Shown here piece after piece: positions 25,799-30,238 of a stretch of 30,238 nucleotides of DNA (positions within the stretch are counted from its first letter, which is position 1; each line of letters opens with the position of its first letter). Source of the DNA: a virus. Taxonomy: Duplodnaviria; Caudoviricetes. Under the pieces are notes generated by a model. That model was not told where the DNA came from. It saw nothing but the letters and a program-made list of their open reading frames with translations, and did no database searches. The position numbers and the translations under genes were made by a program. The stretch is taken from the IMG/VR virus record IMGVR_UViG_3300038954_000398, positions 1 through 30,238 of that record; one strand, given 5' to 3'.

Positions 25799-26266
25799 AT
25801 GTGCAATAAAAAAGAAGCAGCGCAAATAGCCGAGAAAAAAGCAACCGAGCTCAATAATGAGTTAAGGCAGGATTTGTTTGATCATATTAACAAGACAATC
25901 CACACCACCGCACCCGAGACCAAGGAATTAATCTGGTCCATGCAACGGGAGTTTATGAAGGAGATCAGTGAATTAAGGAAGGAATCAGCTGTAACCGCCC
26001 AAAACATTAACTCCATGACCTTATTACTCCAAGAAGAGAGAGAGTGGAGAAAAAATACGTGGCCCAAGATAGAAGAAAGTTTCGCGACTAAAGCTGACAT
26101 TGCAAGAATTAAAAAAAGAGCGGACGACTTTGTTGACCGCAAAGACTTCTTAAACTTAAGCGAAGATTTCAGGCAAATAAAAAAACTAATCTGGGCAATA
26201 GTTCTACTATTCGCGGGATCAACACTAGCTTCGATTTTCGTGAGTGTAGGACTGCCATTCTTATGA
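25799..26266 (+). CDS. membrane protein with coiled coil and C-terminal TM helix (holin/lysis-associated)
   Basis: LIWAIVLLFAGSTLASIFVSVGL C-terminal hydrophobic helix; ATGA overlap with the M23 gene. Confidence 0.6.
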   Translation: MCNKKEAAQIAEKKATELNNELRQDLFDHINKTIHTTAPETKELIWSMQREFMKEISELRKESAVTAQNINSMTLLLQEEREWRKNTWPKIEESFATKADIARIKKRADDFVDRKDFLNLSEDFRQIKKLIWAIVLLFAGSTLASIFVSVGLPFL

Positions 26267-27105
26267 ATCACCGACTAGCGCATTTACAAAACACCAAAGT
26301 AAAAAAAGGCGACCGAGTAAAAAAAGGACAATTAATAGGCCACCTGGGAGATACCGGCAAGACTAGTGGGGCTCATGTCCATTACGACATCCTAACCTAC
26401 ACCCCGAAGTCTTATAAGGAGTACACCTCCGGCAAGAGCCGGTCCTGGGTTAAAGAGCATTATGCTGACCCCACACCTCACGAGAAGGTTGTACTACCTA
26501 ATCTCCATCATTACGGTTGGAAGTGGTTAGAACACACTGGAGAATTATGGCATCCAGGAGTTGACTTGAACGGCCCCGGAGCGGGTGATAGTGACAAATG
26601 GTCTCCGGTTTATTCTCCTGTTAACGGTAAAGTTGTTTATTCATACGGCAGAGGGTCTTATAACGGAGGCTGGGGTAATATGATTGTAATCGAGGAAGAC
26701 CTAGAGGAGGAGTCTTGCGACCTAATCAAAGCCCAACTATCCCACCTTAAAGCTAAAGACAAAATGATGGAAGACAAAATTAACACACTCGAAAAAGAGA
26801 AGAATCAAAAAGACAAAGAAAATGAAACGCTGGGAAGAAAAGTAGAGGCTCTAGAAGAAGAACTCGAAAAAACTAATCAGCTTGTGAAAAAACTAAAAAG
26901 CAATAAATCAGAGTTAAGGAAGAGAGCAGAATCCGGCGCTATTGTAGGCTCAATCACTGTTATTGTAGGTTATATAGTCATGCAATACGATTTACCTGAA
27001 GAGGTGAGGACGGCAATTATCGGTTTGGTGGTTGGAATTGTAACTCAAATCACGAAGTACTTGCACAATTTGAAAAAAAAGGATAGTATAAAGGAAGAGG
27101 CGTAA
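26263..27105 (+). CDS. M23 peptidase endolysin (circularly permuted) + coiled coil + two TM helices
   Basis: AHL...VKKGDRVKKGQLIGHLGDTG...HVH precedes HPGVD...SPVNGKVV...GWGNMIVI; C-terminal GAIVGSITVIVGYIV and AIIGLVVGIVTQI. Confidence 0.85.
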   Translation: MNHRLAHLQNTKVKKGDRVKKGQLIGHLGDTGKTSGAHVHYDILTYTPKSYKEYTSGKSRSWVKEHYADPTPHEKVVLPNLHHYGWKWLEHTGELWHPGVDLNGPGAGDSDKWSPVYSPVNGKVVYSYGRGSYNGGWGNMIVIEEDLEEESCDLIKAQLSHLKAKDKMMEDKINTLEKEKNQKDKENETLGRKVEALEEELEKTNQLVKKLKSNKSELRKRAESGAIVGSITVIVGYIVMQYDLPEEVRTAIIGLVVGIVTQITKYLHNLKKKDSIKEEA

Positions 27106-27131
27106 GGCGGTCTCGCCACCGTCAACTCCGA

Positions 27132-27160
27132 AAAAAGCAGTCCCAAGCGGGCTGCTTTTT
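27132..27160. terminator. bidirectional intrinsic terminator ending the late operon
   Basis: AAAAAGCAGTCC-caagc-GGGCTGCTTTTT. Confidence 0.85.
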
Positions 27161-27254
27161 GTTATGCAATAAAATTGTAAAAAGTCAATACAGTTAATAA
27201 ACACCACAACAAAAGGGAAAAACAATAAAGCTTGCCTGAATTCTCTTTTCCCCC

Positions 27255-27282
27255 TTGACATTCTTGCACAATCTGCTACAAT
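27255..27282 (+). promoter_or_regulatory. strong sigma70-type (putative early) promoter P1
   Basis: TTGACA(27255-60), 16 nt, TACAAT(27277-82) with extended -10 TG; near copy at 29928. Confidence 0.8.
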
Positions 27283-27290
27283 GTAGTCAA

Positions 27291-27341
27291 CAAGGTAAGA
27301 GAGAGGGCAAAAATCTATCAAACCCCTACTACTCAAGCCTT
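27291..27341 (+). other. imperfect 5' leader hairpin downstream of P1
   Basis: CAAGGT/GCCTTG, GAG/CTC, AG/CT, AGGG/CCCT nested pairings. Confidence 0.4.
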
Positions 27342-27365
27342 GCATAACAACAATAATCAAAAAAA

Positions 27366-27554
27366 ATGACTACAGAAAAAATCAGAGTGACAAGACAAGA
27401 TGATCTCGATACTTGGACTCCCGAGTATATAATCGAAGATGAGACACCCCACAAGCGGGCAGAATTCAACAAGATTCTTACAAGCTGCGGAGAATTCTCC
27501 GACACTCTACTCAGGAATGGTGAGACCGACACCTACACCATCCCAGCAAAGTAA
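27366..27554 (+). CDS. hypothetical protein (first gene after P1)
   Basis: 62-aa ORF after A-rich leader. Confidence 0.6.
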   Translation: MTTEKIRVTRQDDLDTWTPEYIIEDETPHKRAEFNKILTSCGEFSDTLLRNGETDTYTIPAK

Positions 27555-27560
27555 AAAAAC

Positions 27561-27639
27561 ACTCAATAGCGCCTAGTAGGGGACGATTCCCAAATCAAAA
27601 AACTGTTACCCCTTGGGGCTCTGCTAAGCGCTATTGAGT
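27561..27639 (+). ncRNA. candidate structured RNA / processing stem
   Basis: ACTCAATAGCGC/GCGCTATTGAGT perfect 12 bp, C-A mismatch, then TAGTAGGG/CTCTGCTA (two G-U); ~37-nt loop; no U-tract. Confidence 0.65.
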
Positions 27640-27662
27640 ATAATTAATTTAAAAAAAATAAA

Positions 27663-28271
27663 ATGAACTCAACAGGAAAACACTCAACAGGACACTACTC
27701 AACGGGAGACCGATCAACAGGCGGCCGCTCAACAGGAAACCGCTCGACAGGAGGCTGGTCAACAGGACACGGATCAACGGGAGGGTGGTCAACAGGAGAC
27801 CACTCAACAGGAAACAGCTCAACAGGACACTACTCAACGGGCGACCGCTCAACAGGTAACTGGTCAATATCTAATTACTCAACGGGCCACTTCTCGACAG
27901 AAGACTACTCAGGATTTGGATGTTTTGACAAACCCTGCACAATTGAAGAATGGGAAAACGCAGAAAAACCAGGCTGGCTTTTCTTTGACCTAACAAAGTG
28001 GATAGCCAAGGACGACATGACAGACGAAGAAAAATGGCAGAACCCTAGATATAAAACAACTGGTGGCTATTTGAAGGCTTATGATTATAAAGAAGCTTTT
28101 CAAAAATCCTATAATTCAGCCACCCGCGAAGAACAACTTAAAATAAAAAACCTGCCCAATTTTGACGCGGAAAAATTTTATCAAATTAGCGGGATTAGAA
28201 TTGATGAGGAAGAAAATATTTTAATAGAAAACGGTAAAAAGTATAGAGTTGAAATAATCGAGGAGATTTAG
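27663..28271 (+). CDS. STGxx pentapeptide-repeat protein
   Basis: About 16 (S-T-G-x-x) units then 'MTDEEK...TTGGYLK...IKNLPNFDAEKFYQISGI', the C-terminal domain of a recurrent phage pentapeptide-repeat family. Confidence 0.85.
   Translation: MNSTGKHSTGHYSTGDRSTGGRSTGNRSTGGWSTGHGSTGGWSTGDHSTGNSSTGHYSTGDRSTGNWSISNYSTGHFSTEDYSGFGCFDKPCTIEEWENAEKPGWLFFDLTKWIAKDDMTDEEKWQNPRYKTTGGYLKAYDYKEAFQKSYNSATREEQLKIKNLPNFDAEKFYQISGIRIDEEENILIENGKKYRVEIIEEI
27669..27908 (+). repeat. 15-bp coding tandem repeat (tcaacagg + variable nt)
   Basis: Directly visible periodic tcaacagg/tcaacggg every 15 nt. Confidence 0.9.
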
Positions 28272-28280
28272 GAGGAATGA

Positions 28281-28398
28281 TGCTGGCTTAATCCTCGTCG
28301 CCCCCCGGCTGGAGCATAATGACGATTGTGCTTCAAGGGTGGGTGTAGGGTTGGTATGTATGACCGGAAAAGCCAACCTGGCGAGGGCTAAGCCAGTA
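28281..28398 (+). ncRNA. candidate three-way-junction structured RNA
   Basis: Closing helix TGCTGGCTTA-A-TCCTCGTCG / TGGCGAGGG-C-TAAGCCAGTA; arm 1 TGGAGCATAAT-gacg-ATTGTGCTTCA extended by CCCCCC/GGGTGGG; arm 2 GGTTGGT/GCCAACC. Confidence 0.7.
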
Positions 28399-28417
28399 TA
28401 CAAAAAAAGGAGGAGGA

Positions 28418-28516
28418 ATGAACACAAGAGAAAGATTCAAAAGAAGAGTTATCGAGTTAACTCATGTAATTCCAGCCAAGGAGTACTTTAAGAAAGAAAA
28501 CAAGTGCACTCCTTAG
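28418..28516 (+). CDS. small ORF (32 aa)
   Basis: MNTRERFKRRVIELTHVIPAKEYFKKENKCTP, preceded by AAAGGAGGAGGA. Confidence 0.35.
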   Translation: MNTRERFKRRVIELTHVIPAKEYFKKENKCTP

Positions 28517-28549
28517 AGACGAAGAATAATTAGATAAAAATTTAAAAAA

Positions 28550-28765
28550 ATGAGAAAAACAGCACAACACTTCCAGCAAAAAGCTGAAGAGCTTGACGAA
28601 CTAATCAATGGACCGGTCGACCTTATAGACAATGAACTCCAATTCAAGCGAAGACTGGTCAAATTTATTAAGGAGGACCCCACCCCCTTTGTAAAGGTCC
28701 TAACCCTTGTCAAAGAGGTGGTTGATGACTTAGAGAGGGCGGAGCAAGAAGAAGCTAACAAATAA
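28550..28765 (+). CDS. hypothetical helical protein
   Basis: 71-aa ORF after A-rich leader. Confidence 0.6.
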   Translation: MRKTAQHFQQKAEELDELINGPVDLIDNELQFKRRLVKFIKEDPTPFVKVLTLVKEVVDDLERAEQEEANK

Positions 28766-28775
28766 AAATAAAAAA

Positions 28776-29339
28776 ATGAAAAACGATAACGAAAAAATCT
28801 TTGTACTCTTTGTTTTAGCTGTCCTGGCTCTTCTGGTTATGTTCTTAACGAGCCGAGACTGGGGCCCTAAGACTATGATTATTGAGAAGGCAGAAGCCCA
28901 AGAGCCAGATCCCGATCGATTCTGCGGCCTCAAGGTGGTAGTTTGCCCGGGCGAAGAGTACACCCCACCCACTCCGGCCTACACCGAGGAGGAGCTCATT
29001 ATCCAAGAGATTAAGCGAACATTCCCAGAGGACTCAGTCACTGCTATCGCTGTTGCAATCGGCGAGAGTAGGCTAGACCCACAAAACAATTATCTTAATC
29101 CTGGCGGCTCAGCTCCTGGCTCTATAGACAGAGGGTTGTATATGATCAATGATTATTGGCACCCTACAATATCCGACACTTGCGCTTATGATTGGAGGTG
29201 TAATCTCAAGGAAGCCCGCAAGATATATGATGACCGCAAGAGAATAACGGGCAACGGGTGGGAGGCTTGGTACGCCTATGAGGGACATAACTGGGAAAAC
29301 AACTTAATCAAAGCTAAAAAATTAAATAAAATTAAATGA
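28776..29339 (+). CDS. membrane-anchored lysozyme-like / lytic transglycosylase
   Basis: N-terminal TM (IFVLFVLAVLALLVMFL); AIAVAIGES (catalytic Glu), DRGLYMIN, 'NLKEARKIY', 'GWEAW'. Confidence 0.8.
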   Translation: MKNDNEKIFVLFVLAVLALLVMFLTSRDWGPKTMIIEKAEAQEPDPDRFCGLKVVVCPGEEYTPPTPAYTEEELIIQEIKRTFPEDSVTAIAVAIGESRLDPQNNYLNPGGSAPGSIDRGLYMINDYWHPTISDTCAYDWRCNLKEARKIYDDRKRITGNGWEAWYAYEGHNWENNLIKAKKLNKIK

Positions 29340-29599
29340 GTGACAAAAAAAAGAGCGACTACAAAAAAAAGCTTGATCTTCTAATGGAAGAATTCAAGGG
29401 ATCAAAACACGAGGAGGATAGTTTGGAACTTATTAGATCATTATCCGATACCGAGCTGCATATTAAGGACGGAGAGGTGGAGGCTAGGGGGTCTGTTGTA
29501 TCATTAGCGTTTACCCTATCATCGGCTATGCTACAAAAAAAAGAGCTTAAAGAATCAATCGAAATGGCCAACGAGTTTTATGACTTTCTAAGGAGTTGA
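29336..29599 (+). CDS. hypothetical protein
   Basis: 87-aa ORF, ATGA-type overlap with previous gene. Confidence 0.6.
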   Translation: MSDKKKSDYKKKLDLLMEEFKGSKHEEDSLELIRSLSDTELHIKDGEVEARGSVVSLAFTLSSAMLQKKELKESIEMANEFYDFLRS

Positions 29600-29607
29600 A
29601 CCAACAG

Positions 29608-29683
29608 CTTCCCCGTGCCGCCGACCAAGTTCTGGGCGTTAAGACTAATAGGGCTTAAGAGGTTTTAGGGCGGGGCAGTGAAG
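29608..29683 (+). ncRNA. candidate structured RNA (long interrupted hairpin)
   Basis: CTTC/GAAG, TGCC/GGCA, GCC/GGC, GACC/GGTT, AAGTTCT/AGGGCTT nested pairings in a GC-rich intergenic gap. Confidence 0.5.
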
Positions 29684-29724
29684 AAACTTATGAGATTAAA
29701 AGAACTAAAAAATAACCAAGATAA

Positions 29725-29931
29725 ATGAAAGTACTGAATCTAACAGAAGCAGGGGAATTCGCAAAAAAACACAATATAAGAGACTTCCAGTCTCGCAACA
29801 CTATCCGAAAGTATGTAGACAAAGGGAAGCTGCCGGCAATTAAGACCGGAGCTGGTAATAAGCCTAGATATGTAATTAAGATGGATGACTTCCTTAAATT
29901 TTTAGAAGACAATGCAGGATTCACCCCTTGA
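29725..29931 (+). CDS. excisionase/MerR-like helix-turn-helix DNA-binding protein
   Basis: LNLTEAGE...SRNTIRKYVDKGKLPAIK...RYVIKMDDFLKFL, HTH_17-type pattern. Confidence 0.8.
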   Translation: MKVLNLTEAGEFAKKHNIRDFQSRNTIRKYVDKGKLPAIKTGAGNKPRYVIKMDDFLKFLEDNAGFTP

Positions 29932-29955
29932 CATTATTTTACATTCTGCTACAAT
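29928..29955 (+). promoter_or_regulatory. strong sigma70-type promoter P2 (near copy of P1)
   Basis: TTGACA(29928-33), 16 nt, TACAAT(29950-55) with extended -10 TG. Confidence 0.8.
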
Positions 29956-29982
29956 TTAGACATAACAAAATAAAAAAAAGAA

Positions 29983-30141
29983 ATGACAAGAGACAAACTA
30001 ATCGACGAACTCAACGCCAATCTCGAAGCCCTGGAGCGGGAGATGTACTCGGCCCGCCCAACCGAGATTGAAGACATGGCCCGCTTAGAGCGAGCCAGAC
30101 AGATTCTTAATGAAATTAACGAAAAACAAAATGAGCGCTAA
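29983..30141 (+). CDS. small helical protein (52 aa)
   Basis: MTRDKLIDELNANLEALEREMYSARPTEIEDMARLERARQILNEINEKQNER after P2 and an A-rich leader. Confidence 0.6.
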   Translation: MTRDKLIDELNANLEALEREMYSARPTEIEDMARLERARQILNEINEKQNER

Positions 30142-30238
30142 TAAACAAGATTATATTGATGCTTACCTTGCCGCTGGTGGAACAAATCCAGAAGGAAAAA
30201 CCAAAGCAGACCTGATTGAAGAAACTAAGCGCCTGCAA
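30131..30238 (+). CDS. hypothetical protein, truncated by window end
   Basis: MSANKQDYIDAYLAAGGTNPEGKTKADLIEETKRLQ..., open to the end. Confidence 0.5.
   Translation, partial: MSANKQDYIDAYLAAGGTNPEGKTKADLIEETKRLQ

Noticed and set aside
27161-27188. Possible leftward promoter TTGACT-16-CATAAC
   Set aside because: Poor -10 match, and it would fire directly into the bidirectional terminator with no gene to serve
27669-27908. Periodic repeat resembling a CRISPR array or DGR variable region
   Set aside because: Period is 15 nt, in frame and coding, with no spacer-length unique segments, no cas or RT gene and no adenine-specific template/variable pair
28281-28398. tRNA or known ribozyme/riboswitch identity for the structured elements
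   Set aside because: No T-loop GTTCRA, CCA end or hammerhead/twister core recognised by eye; needs an Rfam/tRNAscan search
4593-29924. Numerous minus-strand and alternate-frame ORFs in the track (e.g. 13964..14554, 20777..21226, 10178..10570, 26992..27360)
   Set aside because: They are shadows of well-supported + strand genes, with low-complexity F/S/L or antisense-codon composition and no motifs
29725-29931. Excisionase implying an integration module and att site
   Set aside because: No integrase or att-like repeat in the window, and this HTH family also includes ordinary regulators

Overview
Fragment of a tailed dsDNA phage or prophage with podovirus-like (P22/T7-style short tail) morphogenesis genes, read in the standard code and almost entirely on the + strand. 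Gene order: small accessory ORFs including a GroES co-chaperonin; small terminase; lambda GpA-type large terminase; a small ORF with a promoter and leader hairpins; portal, scaffold, major capsid and probable decoration proteins; coiled-coil proteins; a large block of fibre/spike/appendage genes; adaptor and nozzle; a single antisense HNH-type gene; three ejection proteins; a lysis cassette; a bidirectional terminator; then a putative early region driven by two near-identical promoters. Start codons mostly lack Shine-Dalgarno sites and follow A-rich tracts, suggesting an SD-independent host such as Patescibacteria/CPR or Bacteroidota (inference). The most notable unexplained signals are: (i) several intergenic elements with long G-U-rich closing helices, one flanked by an 11-bp direct repeat; (ii) a twice-repeated, covarying pseudoknot-like motif just upstream of the scaffold gene and of ORF 9487; (iii) a small ORF/promoter/attenuator-like unit ahead of the portal; (iv) a circularly permuted M23 peptidase fused to a coiled coil and a holin-like membrane hairpin; (v) short peptide motifs shared among the appendage proteins. 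All family assignments come from motif recognition by eye and all RNA pairings were made by hand; no searches or folding programs were run.
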